A stretch of 64,000 bases of DNA from Chiloscyllium plagiosum (lineage: Eukaryota): positions 73,883,582 through 73,947,581 of the forward strand of contig NC_057710.1 of the NCBI RefSeq assembly GCF_004010195.1, given 5' to 3'. The notes beneath the pieces are model-generated. The model ran no database searches. It worked only from the letters and a program-made list of their open reading frames with translations, and was not told the DNA's origin. A program made the position numbers and the translations under genes. This document shows, in pieces, positions 1-13,338 of the stretch (position 1 is the stretch's first letter; every line of letters begins with the position of its first letter).

Positions 1-279
1 GTGGCAGTAGTAGGAGGACAAATGCTGCAATCCTGAAAGAGCACAGCAGGTTATGCTGCATGAAATCCCAGCCAGTTTCTGGGGATGTGCCTTAGCAATC
101 TTCACAAGGGGTAAGAGCATAAAATGTTGGACTGTGACATGAGCCTTCAAATACCTTGCATGAAGCAAGTGTGGCAGCAAGAATCAACGACTTCTGTCTG
201 AAGTTCTTTTTTGCCGTCAGAGATTGGGGTCTCTTTTGACTGCATGTATCAGCTTCCATTGCAACCCATTGCATTGTAG

Positions 280-1125
280 TTTAATTTAGATACATGCAAG
301 GTATGCATTTTGGTAGTCAAACTAGGGCAGGACTCACACAGTCAATGGTAGGGCCTTGGGGAGTGTTATAGAACAAAGAGATCTAGGATAGAGGTTCATA
401 GTTCCTTGAAAGTGGAGTCACAGATAGACAGGATGGTGAAGAAGTTTTTTGGCATTCTTTCATCAGTTCAAGCAATGAGTATCGGACTTGGGACATCTTG
501 TTGCAGCTATATAAGACATTGGTGAGGCCATTTTTGGAGTACTGCATGCAGTTCTGGTCACCCTCCTATAGAAAGGATATTATTAAACTAGAAAGAATGC
601 AGAAAAGATTTACTAGAATGATACCTGGACTGGAAGGTTTGAGTTATATGAAGAGGCTGGATAGAGCCATAGTGTCATACTGCACAGAAACAGACCCTTT
701 AGTCCAAGCAGTCCACGCTGAACATAATCCCAAACTGCCTGACGGGTGACTTTATAGAGGTTTAGAAAACCATGAGAGGCACAAATAACATAGAAAGCCA
801 ACAGCATTTCCCATGGTAGGGGAGTCTAAAACCAGAGGGCATTGGTGCAAGGTGAGAGGGGAGAGATACTAAAAGGTCCAGAGGAGCAATTTGTTTGCAC
901 AGAGGGCAGTGAATGTCTGGAACCAGTTGCCAGAGGTAGTGGTGGAGGCAAGTACAGTTTTGTCATTGAAGAAACATTTGGACAGGTATGTGGATTGGAT
1001 AGACATGAATGGATATGGACTAAACATAGGCAAATGGGATGAGTTTAATTGTGAAAACTGGGTAGCATGGAGAAGTTGGGCTGAAAGGCCTGTTTCCATG
1101 CTGTAAACCTCCATGACTCTATGAC
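280..1125 (+). mobile_element. CR1/HER1-type LINE 3' fragment, decayed
   Basis: ORF2 C-terminal peptides LQLYKTLVRPFLEYCMQFWSPSYRKDIIKLERMQKRFTRMIPGL and FAQRAVNVWNQLP; tail gaaaggcctgtttccatgctgtaaacctccatgactctatgactc. A short inverted LINE tail interrupts it at about 661-738. Confidence 0.9.
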
Positions 1126-1404
1126 TCAGTCAGAATTGCAGTTGGATCAGTAAGTGATCTCACAGAGTTAGCCACAAGAGTCACAGTCCAAAGCACAGGC
1201 TCCAAGTCCTGTCTGCTGCCATGTGCCACATAAGACCTGGACACTTGCATGCTTTGTGACAGTGACAAAGGGTTTGTGTGCAGGTCTGCCAGTGCACCAA
1301 CTATCTCAGTACACATAACCATCAATGATTTTCTCTATATCAATGTTGGCAATGATTTTATTCCTTCCCACTTGTTTCCAGCTCATCTCAGACGTTGTGT
1401 GTAT

Positions 1405-1526
1405 GTCCACCTCTGAGTCAGAAGACTGAGTTTAAATCCCATTCCAGGCACTTGACCAAACATGCTGACACTTTGGAGTCCTGTAGTGTCAGGAACTGCT
1501 GCCTTTTCAGATGAGGCATTAAACTG
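1405..1526 (+). mobile_element. Deu-domain SINE (SacSINE1/AmnSINE1-like) 5' fragment
   Basis: ctctgagtcagaag...aatcccattccaggcacttga...gctgacact...gccttttcagatgaggcattaaactga resembles the recalled DeuSINE head and core. Confidence 0.6.
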
Positions 1527-1784
1527 AAACTAACTGGGAATTTTTCAGCTTCACTGGATATCTTGCCTGCTGAAAAGGTGGGAAGGCAACCTCACCTGAC
1601 TTCTGGGGATAGGCCTGCTCTGCCTTCCTCCAATCAGGTTGTTTTGAAGACAGTGGTGAGTCTTTCTCTGAAATCACACTCAGTGACTGCTGACAGCTCT
1701 TGCATTTGGCAGAACCAACCTGAAGGTTTTGACTACTGTCACAAGGAGACCAGAACATCCCAGAAGGGGGTGAGGAAAAACAAA

Positions 1785-1988
1785 AAAATTGTGGGCACTG
1801 TAAATCAGAAACAAAAACAGAAATTGATGGAAAACTCTCAGCCAGTCTGGCAGCATCTGTGGAGAGAAAATAGAATTATGTTTTGAGTCCAGTGACCATT
1901 CTTCAGAACTACTACCTCGAAACATTAGCACTGATTTCTCTCGACTGATGTTGCTCGTCCTGCTGGGTTTATCCAGCAATTTTTGTTC
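1785..1988. mobile_element. Short palindromic Penelope-terminus-derived element with a decayed minimal hammerhead motif
   Basis: Imperfect inverted arms (aacagaaattgatggaaaactctcagc / gctgggtttatccagcaatttttgtt). Minus strand 1873-1910 reads AGTT CTGAAGA A TGGTC ACTG GACTC AAAA CATA. Same family as 53182-53418. Confidence 0.7.
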
Positions 1989-4404
1989 CAGACAGGGGAG
2001 AAAGAAAACACACTTGTGAATGATCTACTGGTCTGACTTGTACGCCTCAAAATGGAGCTCTAATATATTCATTTACAAGTATGTATTTTTCATTTTCTCC
2101 TCCTGGGATATTGACATCCAAAGTTGGAGGCAAAAGATTATTTTGTTTGAATGGAAAGGTGTGTCTCCTGCAAATGGAGATATGCAGATTCGGTGTGGGG
2201 AATGGCCCTTAGTACGGGTGCTGGTTGCTATGTCCAGTTGCTTGATGAATAAGTAAATTAGTGATGGTAAAGGGAGCACCCTCCCCTCTGTCTGTCTGAC
2301 TGCCTGTCCACCTGGATGCATGCTGATCAGGCAGCTGGATCTTGTGCGTCATATGTGCAGTGAATAATTGATCACTGTGGAAGGCAAAGAGCTTGTATTG
2401 GACATGAAAGTATAGTCTGTTGTGGGTCTCATGTCACCAGCTGGAAGCCCAACTTATTGATTGGGTTTTCATTCTATCTTTTGATGCACTGCAATATTTG
2501 GTTTTATCAAAACAAAGTTCAGTACATTTTAAACTTTCCAAGTTGCTTATTTATTTATCTTTTCAGCAAAAACTCTTTTCTTTCTTGTTTACAATCTTGT
2601 TGCATTTTGAGCGCAGCGCAGAAATATAAATGACTGCATTCAAGCAGCATCTGAGAAATGTTGATGGCATCTACACAGGAGCCAGTATGGTCCCAAACAG
2701 AACTAGGGAAAAAGAACATTACTTCATTTTTACAACACCAGGATAGTCCTTTGAAGAACTAAACTGCCTTGTGGAAGTGGCTAGATGCTTCAGTTGTAGA
2801 AAGGTAATTTAATCAAAGTAAATTAACGCGAGAAGTCGATATCCAAGAACAATTCAGCTAATTTTATAAACTTGCTTTTATCCCTCTTTTGTGTGCTTAT
2901 CTAGTTCCTTTTTGAAAACCATCACGCTTTTGAGTTACTCCATTCTGGACCCAAACTGTTTACTTGATTGAGTAAAAGCTTTCCCTCATTTTACTGTTGG
3001 CACTTTTGCAAGCCACTTTGTGGTTCTTGAGCCTTATGCTAATGGGAACAGTTTCTCTCTATCTACTGTGTAGCCCCTTCATGATTTTGAACACCTCTAC
3101 CAAATCTCCCCTCTACCTTCTCTCAGGAGAACCACCAGCTTTGCCTGTCTGTCCATCCAGCTGAAGTCCTTCATCCCTGGAATCATTTTTGTAAATCTTT
3201 TCTGGGCGCTGTTTTTTCCCCTGAAGCCTAATTAGCCACATTTTAACCATTTTAAGAATCATTTCAGAAATGAGAATTTTTCATTTTACAAAGGTGAATT
3301 CACTAAATCACGCCCTCCCAATTGGAAGTGGTGTTTGGAAGTAAGTTAACATTGCTGTGACATTAAAATGCCAATGTGCACTCTGTTTTTGACCAAGGTT
3401 TCCTGCTGGAAGCACAGTAATAGTGCCTTACCTTTTTAATGTATTGATATCCCAAAGTCAAGCAGCAATTTAGTGTTTTTGAGATTTTGTTTTCTGACTG
3501 TTATTGGTGTGAATGAAATCCAAGTGCTCTTCATGAATTCTTCTAACCATTTGTCTAACATCAAGATTTTTCTTTTTTTTAAAAAAAACCTTTAACTTTG
3601 GATCGTTCAGCATCTTTTGTGGATTTAATTCTCATGCAAGTGGCTAACAGAGCAGAATGCTAAGTATGGTGACCTGATCTTGAGCTGCTCCACAGAGATC
3701 TAGTGGGAGCAACCACAGTTTGCACATAATTGCCTTGTGAATGAAATTGTCAGTTTTTTGAATGGAGTATTTTAAATTTGAGCCAACTGTGGTGTTTCTC
3801 AGGGTTTCAATGTATTGTAAATCCTAGGGGCCTGTAAATCTGAACTGTGCACAGAAAGAGCTGGAATAGTTTGTTATAATTGAGTAGCAAGACATTTGGC
3901 AGGGCAAGCTAAGCAGGTTAGCTTATTGATTTAATCTCTCCTCTTTTCTACCTTTTGTGTCTTTTAGTTTTCGCGCTCCAAAGCTTTCTCAACTGGAAAG
4001 GAAGTGACAGGTATTAATATACTGCTCTTTCTAGGTAGTTGTTAAAAGAACAAGTTATGATGTTTCCCCCCCCCCCCTGCTGTTTCTCATGGAGATAAAA
4101 TGCTCATTGGTACGCTCAAAATACTATGCTGCAGAGTGGTCAGATTTACTGTTTCAGTGGATGCCTGGAGATATTTGCCTTTTGAAACTGTGAAGATAAA
4201 TTGCCAAGTAAGAAACACACCTTTTCAGAGTTTGGATCAAGTGCAATTAGAAGCAATTTGTAAGCAGGTTGTTAGGTTGCATCTGAGAGCGAGAATAGAA
4301 AAAAGAAACTTGGCACATTTTTCAGTATATGCATAACAAGAATGTGTATGTTGCTCAGTATTTACCCCTCAGAATGTTGTTGCTAAAGTGCAGTGTGTAA
4401 GAAC

Positions 4405-5252
4405 CTCCTGGTCCTCACCTTCTACCCCACCAACCTCTGCATACAATACATCATCCTCCGCCACCTCCAAATGGAGCCCACTACCAAAAATATATTTCCC
4501 TCCCCACCCCTATCAGTGTTCCGAAAAGACCATTTCCTTCATGACTCCCTCATGAGGTCCACACCCTACTCTTGGGACCTTTCCCTGCTACCGCAGGAAG
4601 TGCAAAACCTGTGCCCACACTATTCCCTTCACCTCCATCCAAGGCCTCAAGGGATCCTTCCACATCCATCAGAAATTTACCTATACCTCTACCAATGTCA
4701 TCTACTGCATCTATTGCACTCGTTGTCGTCCCCTCTGCTTTGGGGAGACAGGACGCCTTCTTGCAGATCGTTTCAGAGAACATCTCTGGGACACCTGCAC
4801 CCACCAACCCCACTGCCCCATGGCATGAATGCTTCAACTCCCCCTCCCATTCAATCAAGGACACGCAGGTCGTGGGCTGGCTCCACTGCCAAACCATGAC
4901 CACCTGACGTCTGGAGGAGGAATGCCTCATTCTGCCTTGGGACCCTGCAAACACATGGAATAAATGTTGATTTCAACAGCTTCCTCATTTCCCCCCCCCC
5001 CCCCCACACACTCCACGTTATCCCAGTCCCAAACCCCCAGCTCGGCACCGCCCTCCCGACCCATCCATCGCTCCCCACTCTGACCTTTCATCTTCTCCTG
5101 CACTTTATCCACCTATCGCTTTCTCAGCTACCTCCACGTCCTCCCATTTATCTCTCAGCCCTGACCCACAAGCCTCATTCCTGATGCAGGGCTTATGCCC
5201 AAAATGTCGATTCTCCTGCTCCTCAGATGCTGCCTGATCTGTGCTTCTCCAC
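4405..5252 (+). mobile_element. Penelope-like element 3' fragment (linker, GIY-YIG endonuclease and terminus), frameshifted
   Basis: Frames give LVLTFYPTN...IFPSPPLSVFRKDH.L.DSL, then GTFPCYRRKCKTC...NVIYCIYCTRC...GETGRLLADRFREH...LEEECLI. The terminus at 5177-5211 has a hammerhead-like ATTC CTGATGC A GGGC TTAT GCCC AAAATGTC GAT. Confidence 0.85.
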
Positions 5253-6134
5253 TGTAATAATAATCAGTTTCTCTCCCTTGCCAGTTTCAATAACATACCT
5301 GTTGGTGGGTTTATTTGATGAATGCCTCCAGGAGCATGGAGGACTGGAGCAGGTGACCCATGTAAATGGCCATGGTCGGTGGCAGAAACAATGGTTGCGG
5401 TGAGGGGTTTGGTCAACAAAAACAGCAGTCCACCCTTAGAGGTGCCCTGACCGGAAAATGTTTCCATTAGGAATGAGAATGATGTGGACGGGGTTACCAA
5501 GATTATGAATTGCCTAAAACTGTGATGCTATATTTGATGCTTATTTTCCAAAAGCTATAGCTTTGTGCTAAAAATGAAGATTCTTTGGATTTAAGTGAGA
5601 AAGTTTTAGCAAAAAGTTCAGATAAGTTTAACCTAAGACGTCTGTGTTGATTTTAATATGAGAGTAGTAATGGTTTGTCCTCAGATTTTACACACAGTGC
5701 TGTTCCAATGGACATAGACCATAAAGAGAGGGCAATTACAATGTTGCAATGAAGCTTGACTCCAGAGCAAAATTGGTAGTTATGAAGCTTTCTTCGGTAA
5801 TTGATGTTGAAATTATGTCAAGTAGACTTCGAGGAAATTCTTTGAATGAGTTTAAACCGATCAAATGTAAACCTGTCGTTTCTGCTCTGGAGAAAGCAGC
5901 TCCCAATTAAACTTTCCCACATTCCTTGACTCTAACCAAGTCACCAGGCCAGATTCTTGACAAGTTTTTAAAAAATACATTTCTTGACCTGTTTGCTTGC
6001 AAGCAGCTTTAAGTAACTTTGCCCAGAATGAACAGTTGCATACTGGTAAGAGGTTTGATGTCTAATCTTGTACTTTAGAAGTGCTCTTTCTATAAAGATA
6101 CTAATATTACTGCAAATTATTTGCGGGTCTCTGT

Positions 6135-6445
6135 TTTAAGCAATGAGTTTTACAGGATCGCATCATTGCCTGATGGGTCAATAATGAGAAGAGACAGAAT
6201 TAACCTGGGTGATATAAGAGTCAGAAGTGGCCTTAATTAATATTTTCTTGCAAGAAATGGTTAGGATTTTGAATACACTGATTGGATTGTGAAAGTAGAT
6301 TCAATACAGCTTTCAAAAGGAAATAGGACATATCTTTTATTTAAGAACCAGGGAGCGAGATTAATTGGATTATTTATCTAAAGAGCCAATGCAATCTGAA
6401 TGAGAAGACCAGCCACCTTCTGCGCTGTAGGGTTCTATGATTTGA
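6135..6445 (+). mobile_element. Old CR1-type LINE 3' end
   Basis: Degenerate match to the 3' ends of other CR1 copies in the window (agctttcaaaaggaaatagga...ccttctgcgctgtagggttctatgattt). Confidence 0.55.
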
Positions 6446-6914
6446 TGAAGTTGCTCCTCTGATGCACCATCTAATTGGTCAGGCCAGTACTCATTTCCTT
6501 TAATAAGACCATACTGAAGTAACTTTCTCACACTTCCATCCTGTCATATGAATTTATTTTGAGCTGCTGTTTTTTGATGATTTCCATGGTAATTCAGCTT
6601 TTTCCTCGTGCATGTGATGATTAATATTTTATGCATGTTGTAATAGACCCCAGATTTGAAAGTAAACAAGGTTTATTAAGCAATATATTGTGTTGTATTT
6701 GGGTTAGTAATTAAGCACTTTCTTGATTCTCATATTTGTCACCACCTAAAGGGCAACTGCCTCAAAGAATGAGTTTTGCAAGATAACATCCTTGATTTAA
6801 TTTCGGACTTGGCATCCATAGAGAATTTTTCTTCTGTATTTCTGGTGCCAGCACATTCCATCCCTTTCCACAACTTTACATTTGTTCTGAAGAACGCAGT
6901 GTTAAAACACATGA

Positions 6915-7625
6915 CGATGGTTGGAGTTGTTGATCAGTTCGCTAAGCTGGTTAATTTATTTGCGAACGTTTCGACTCCATTCTGGATGACCTCTTCAGTG
7001 CTGTATAGACTCCGGATGAAGTGCTGTTGTTGTGATCTGCCCTGAATTTATATGGTTCTGTCTGTTGTGGCGGGTGGTTCAATTTCCAGTTTTGTACTGT
7101 AGTGGTCTGCAGAGGGGGTCTATTTTGCCATGTTTGTTTATGGCACCAGTGGATGAATACTAAGCCTCTGGGAATTCCTAAGCTTGTCTTTATTTTGCCT
7201 GTCCCAGTATCATCATGTCCCAGTTGAATTGGTGTCCTTCCTTGTCAGTGTGTATTGACATGAGGGAGAGATGGTCATGTTGGTTTGTTGCAAGCTGACG
7301 CTCATCTATTTTGGTGGTGAGTTTCCTGCCCATTTGTCCTATGTATTGTTTCTCACAGTTGCATGGTATTTTGTTTATCACATTCGTCCTGCATGTTGTG
7401 GGTATGGGGGTTTTTTGTCTTGGATAGTAGTTGGCGAAGTGTGGCTGTTGGTTTGTGTGGTGTCATTATTTCCAGAGGACATAGGGGTCTTGTAGTCAGT
7501 TCTGAGATGTCCCTAATATAGGGTAAGATGGTCAGTGAGTTAGGGTGCACAGTGTCATTTGTTGTTTGTATGTTAGGCACCAGTGCATGAAGCTGTGGTA
7601 TATGCAAGTGTTGTATATGGGATGC
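6915..7625 (-). mobile_element. Penelope-like element 3' fragment, second family (GIY-YIG) with terminal hammerhead motif
   Basis: Minus-strand peptides TILPYIRDISELTTRPL..L.I...HKPTATLRQLL and INKIPCNCEKQYIGQMGRKLTTKIDERQ (GIY-YIG). The terminus at 6962-7001 reads GCA CTGAAGA G...GAAACGTT CGC. Confidence 0.85.
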
Positions 7626-8024
7626 ATTGACCTATCATCATCTCTATCTCCCAGAAAACACAGTAATCAGAATGTCACAAGATATTGGCATTGTAGCTAC
7701 GGGTTCACACCAGTGCAGTGTGGTACTGACTGACTGTCTGATTTCTGGCTCAATAATTGTACAGCCATTTAAAGTGAGACCTGTATTAATATTCTACTTC
7801 ATCTTTGGTCATTTATGTAAAAAGGATTGTCATTGAATATGGCTAAATGTTCAAGTTTGAAATTTTAGCTTTTCTTTGTGTTAGTTTTATGGGTCAATAA
7901 TGTTCATGAATGTATTCTGAATGAAGTTCTTAAACAACGTGAATTTAAAGCAAAATGTGGCTGCAAATTTGGGTGAAAAAGTCATAAGCGTGACAGGTTT
8001 TGATAAATGGAGTTGTCAAAATGG

Positions 8025-8243
8025 TGTAGCTGTGATTACTGGCCTTAAATATAGAGATTGAAGTAGCCTTCTGGAGTAAATTGGGTATCTCATCCATGTT
8101 CTTGATTTTGACATAAATGCAACTCCAGACCCATGGCAATGTGGTTGACTTTTAAATGTCCTCTGAATTGGTGTAGCAAGCCACTCAGTTCAGAGGAAGC
8201 AATGCTGTCTTGCCAGTGGTGTACATCCCATGAAAGAATAAAG
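8025..8243 (+). mobile_element. SINE/LINE shared 3' segment
   Basis: actccagacccatggcaatgtggttgacttttaaatgtcctctgaattggtgtagcaagccactcagttca...catcccatgaaagaataaa matches the SINE 3' half seen near 50720-50820. Confidence 0.6.
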
Positions 8244-8999
8244 TCTTGTCAGCGCAAACATTTTTAGTCCTTTTCTTCCTTGTCTTTATCCAGGTTTTGC
8301 TTTAACTGTACCATTCACCTCAACTCTGTGTGATAACATTTAAACATTTCAATCGCACTACGACCAATACATTTCACCTGAATTCTTTTGATGGATTTAA
8401 TCTACGTACATCTCCATGTCTACACTGTCATAGCAATATTAGCCAAAAGAAATGAAAGCAGTATTTATTTTCTGCACGTCTCAATAAAAAGTTGAAACCT
8501 ACCAACAATTTTATTGATTTTTGTGACCAAGTGGTTAGAACAGAATCGGACAAGTGCCTCATTCTACCAGTGGTGCAAACTGCAATTAAAATAGGAAATA
8601 CTGAAAGGACTACATTTAACGACATCGGAGAAGCTGATGTTTCAATGTTTTCTGTCTTACGAACAATGTGGTATTTAAAAATTGCATTTGTTTAGAGCTA
8701 GTGTTGAAATAAAAGTTAAATCAGTGTTTCAAGCAAAATGTTAAAGATCTATGATTTGCTTTTGTCCAGATAAAACTGTACCAGTGTGTACTAATGTTGT
8801 CATATCAATCATCAGTTGCATATTAGTTGATGGCTCATTAGGAGTACCCCTCTTGGGGATACTACTTCTACCAGTGAAATTTAAACTTTCACTTCAGGCT
8901 CATTATGTGATTGTGTTGAATGAATTAATGGTAAGGTGAGTGAATGGGTATTTGAAATATTAATTCAGCAGTAACTTCTTATTTGGCCTTTTTATTTGG

Positions 9000-9365
9000 A
9001 GTGTGAAGTTATCCACTTTAACAGGGAAAAATAGAAAATTAGTTTTGTTTTAAATGGTGAAAGAATGGGAAATGTGTTCAGCAGGACCTGGGTGTCCTTT
9101 TCGTACACATCATAGAAACTAATCATGCAGGTAAAGCAGGCAAATGGTAAGTTGCCTCTTATTGCAAAGTGATTGGAGTACCAATGTAAGCAAGTCTTAA
9201 TGCAATTTCAGACATTGGTGAGACCACACCTGGAGTCTTGGTCTCCTTATTATAAGAAAGGTCTAATTTCATTAGAGAAAGTCTTCTGCAACTGGGTCTT
9301 AGGATGAGGGCGATTGTCCTGTGAGGAAGCTTAAGTAGCATCTACATGTTTCCAGAAGAGTAAAG
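9000..9365 (+). mobile_element. CR1-type LINE fragment, decayed
   Basis: gtgtgaagttatccacttt...ggacctgggtgtcc...ttggtgagaccacacctggagt corresponds to CEVIHF...DLGV...LVRPHLE. Confidence 0.75.
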
Positions 9366-10315
9366 ATGATGTTATATATTTAGTTTCCTCAACTATGCAG
9401 AAATGCAACTTTATTCTGTGTACCAGATTGTGGGAGGTTCTTTACACATAGGTTGGTCTGGTAATACACTGACATCAGTTTCCAGATGCCCTGACCTAGA
9501 ACATCTGGAAGTCAGAAAAGAAAGGAAGACAGAGAATGTTTTTCAATGTGATTTAAATGTGCCAGCTCCATACCTACAGTGCTTTGCTGTGAGAAGCTTC
9601 AACATTTTGTTTCCTTTCTTGGAGGCCAAGCCTAGGTTTAAACAAACTCTCATAATCAAATACTGTACAAAACAGTTGAACATTACTCCTAGTGCTAGGG
9701 ATCACATTCCATAAAATAGTCAGTCTTTTAGGACTCTCAGAAGAAACTTCTGTACTTAGGATGTGAATCTTCAAAATTGTCTTTTCAAAAAGGGTTTAGT
9801 TGCTGTGTTTATTTGACAGATCAATGGATAGGTTTCAAAGGTTATGTGGATAGATGGGGAAGGTGTAGCTGAGTTAGAACATCAGCCATGTCCTTATCGG
9901 ATGCAACAACCGGTTAGAGAAGCAGAATGTTTACCCCTACTGCCATTTCTTATGTTTAAGTTCTTGGTGCAATAGAATTTTTTTTTGCCAGAGAAAACAT
10001 TGTTTGAAAAAAAAATTGATTTGAGTTAGTGTCCTATGGTATTGCTGGTTAGAAAATAATTAAACAAATGCTTGATTGATTTTTTTCAACCAACAGTTTG
10101 AGTGATGAAACAGGATATTTAGGAAGATTTAAGAATGTAAACCATCATGCATCGCAACAAGGAGTTTTTGATGGTCTTTAAAACTGTCTATCCCATGGTT
10201 TATAATCATTTCTTGGAACAATGTCTTTTGGCATGCATCCTTTTGTTCTCAAATACACCAGAGTCTGCCAGTGTGATGAATGATCACTTAAATTTAAGCC
10301 TTGATATAAAAATAG

Positions 10316-10592
10316 GGGAGGCGATGGCTGGATTGTTAATTCAGAGACCTAGGCAATGTTCTGCAGACCTAGGTTCAAATGACGGTGAATTCACTGAAAA
10401 TCTGGAATTAATGACAGCCATAAAACTGTTAGTCGATTTTTCAGAAAAAACCCATCTGATTCACGAATGTCTTTTTCTGGGTAAGAAAACTACCATCTTT
10501 ACCTTTGTCTGAAGTAGATATAACTCTTTTTTTTTTAATATATACTGCTCTAGGATGGGCAATAATTGCTGGCCCGTGAATGAATACAAGAA
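10316..10592 (+). mobile_element. tRNA-derived SINE, decayed
   Basis: B-box-like ggttcaaat and 3' tail tagggatgggcaataa-like; homologous to 50490-50822. Confidence 0.7.
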
Positions 10593-11081
10593 ATTTGATA
10601 AACTTATCACGTGCTGATTATCAAATAAACATTTGCATGTGAACAAGTTAGTGTTTTTACTAAGGTTTTTTTAAAGTGCAGTTGAACATATCGGACTGCA
10701 AACTTGGCTCTTAGAAACACAACAACATTTTGATATACAAAATATTAGTAATTAAAATTCAAAATGAAATCACTTGACATGTTGGGAATCGGTTCTGCCT
10801 GTAAAAATGGTTATGCATGCCCGGTGTGAAAAAATGTTTGCCTAGGAAATTGAGCACGTTTTAAAAAAATCCCTCAGCTGTAAACAAACATATTCAGAAA
10901 TTGCTGCTTGGATTTAAAATAAAATTACTGTACTTGGAAAATGGCACTATATAAAACACTGCACATTAATAAATTTAGTTTTAAAATAGTTGTGTAAAAT
11001 TAGGTAATTCTAAGTAATGCAATCAAAGTACCAAGCAGGATTGTAGCCTTTTCTTAAATCATTTCAGTTTAAACTAAAGTA

Positions 11082-11330
11082 GGAACACCATCACATGCAA
11101 GTTTGCCTCCAAGCCATTCACTATCCTGATATGGAAATATATTGCCATTCCTTCACCATTGCTGGCTCAAAATCCTGGAGTTCCCTCCCTAACGGTATTG
11201 AGTCTATCTACACCAAATGGACTGCAGTGGTTCAGGAAGGTAGCTTGCCACCACCTTCTAAAGGCTAACCAGAGACGGGCAATAATACAGACCCAGCCTG
11301 CACGCCAATGTCCTACAAATGAATCAAGAT
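11082..11330 (+). mobile_element. LINE 3' end (CR1/L2 group, second family)
   Basis: ccaagccattcactatcctgatatggaaatatattgccattccttc...tcaaaatcctggagttccctcc...gccaccaccttct; same tail as 18260-18465. Confidence 0.75.
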
Positions 11331-12817
11331 TTTTTTTTGAAAATACCATAAAATATCATAATAGTTAACATTTTTGTGTAAGAAAGATCTTGTGATTTTT
11401 GCTGGCTGCTAATTGTCTAGCGAGAAAGTAGCTCACCATTTTGGAATCATTGCAAGCTGCCAATTGGAAGAAATGGGTCTTTGAGGAACATGCGAACCAT
11501 CAGCTCAGTCCATTGACTCCATGTGACGAAACTGGCTCAATCTGCCAATCCCAATTCCTTGATGAAAACCTTGAATAATGTTGTTGTGATTCTTTTTGGA
11601 CAAATTCCAAGCTTTTCTAGTTATGAGAGAAATGTAAAATGACACACTTGAAATAAAAATGGTCCTTCTTAACACAAAAGATGTATTCCATATATTGCCT
11701 TGTATGTCTTACTACAAAATACTTATGATTGTGTATTTGAAACTTTCCATGAGGATCAAGTGCAATAATAGCCCCTTCATGAATGATTATTTTGTAAAAC
11801 CAAGTTCTGTGTTGGCATCGGTGTTGCTTCACATACTTGCAAATGACAGACTGCTGTTACACTATTGGCTCTGCATTGTTCCCTGGTTAGGTTATTAGAA
11901 CCCTGTGCTTACCTGTTCATATCTGTGCGAAGAACTGTTACCAGAATCTAAGTATGGTTAAATTTGTACCCAATGTAGAAAACCTGCTGTTCGGTAACAC
12001 TGAAAGGTTCCTGGGCAGTTCACCTTAAAATTGAAACTTTTGTATGTCATTTGTCAGAATGTGACATGTCTTTTAGAGCAGCAACTTCATTCTCTAATGC
12101 AGTGCAGTTGTTGTGACATTGTTTTCACATTGTGCTGACAGAAAAATTACTGAGTACCTGGGGCATAACATTGACGCACTTTCTCCTCCCTGCCATCAAA
12201 TTAGGACAGCAATTAACAATTTCGAAAGATCAACTCCAGCAGGGAAATAAAATGTGTATCTCCAATTCATTTATTTTTTGCAACTCTGCCATTTATGATA
12301 ACTTTCAGGTTTTGTGTTTTTTTAGGTTTGAAAAAGTGATTAAGTGAGGAACCTCCCTTAATATGAAATGCAATGCTTTAGTGAATAGGTGAGACCATTG
12401 AGTCACGATTGTTTAAGTTTCTGCAGCTTGCTTTAGTGTGTGATGTGTAATTGCACACTCCTAGTACATTGTGTAAAAATGTTGTCAGTGCTACTTATGG
12501 ATTTTGGTGTTTAATTTTTTTTGTCATGATGCCACAAGAACGTCTGTGTAGCTAAGATATTTCTGGTCCCTTCAAAATTGGCTTTCACCCAGTTGCATAA
12601 AATATTTTTCCATTCTTGCTCCTTTATCTTCTGCTTTTTAATAAATCTGGGAATGTTTCTGAAAGGAGTACAGTAGGATGTGTTAGAAACATTTTTGAGG
12701 GTGCATTACTCTATTGAAATAATTTCATGGAGGCACATATTAGGGGGCTGCATTTTCCAGGAATTGGGCTAATTATGGAGACATTTCAAAATGACAGCAG
12801 GACCTGTTTCCAGGTCT

Positions 12818-12946
12818 AGGAGAAAGAGGACTGCAGATGCTAGAGATCAGTCGTCAAATGTGATGCTGAGAAAACACAGCAGGTCAGGCAGCATCCAAAG
12901 AGCAGCAGAGTTGACCTTTTCAGTCAGTAGACTTTCATCAGGAATA
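12818..12946 (-). mobile_element. Solo Penelope-type terminus with hammerhead core
   Basis: Minus strand ATTC CTGATGA A AGTC TACT GACT GAAA AGGTC, followed by the conserved gatgctgcctgacctgctgtg...agcatctgcagtcctc tail also seen at 34133-34206. Confidence 0.75.
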
Positions 12947-13051
12947 ATCAGATTCCATGTTTTCCAGCAACACTTGCGTTTCGCGCTGTATGGCATTTGC
13001 AGCCCACACTCCCAGTCACGACTGATTCCAATTCAGGGTGGGCACTTGTGC

Positions 13052-13054
<3 letters not shown>

Positions 13055-13086
<32 letters not shown>
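13055..13086. repeat. (CT)16 microsatellite
   Basis: Perfect dinucleotide run. Confidence 0.95.
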
Positions 13087-13089
<3 letters not shown>

Positions 13090-13338
13090 GATTTGGGCCA
13101 GCTGGAGAAATAGAAATCCATTGATACAGCTCACTAATGGTTGCCTTATGAGTGCATGGCTGAGCTCTGGGGCTTGTTGATTGATTATCTCAGGAGTGTT
13201 TTTTCTTGGGTGAAAGAATGCACTGTTTTCTTTGACATCTTTTGAGATTGTATTTTGACTTTATTACTGTCACATATTGAGATATAGTGAACGTATTGTT
13301 TTTCATGCTAATTGGACAAATCACAACTTGCATAAGTA

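Noticed and set aside
4393-4954. Overlapping ORFs of 111-168 aa as novel genes
   Set aside because: They are shifted or antisense frames of a decayed Penelope GIY-YIG region.
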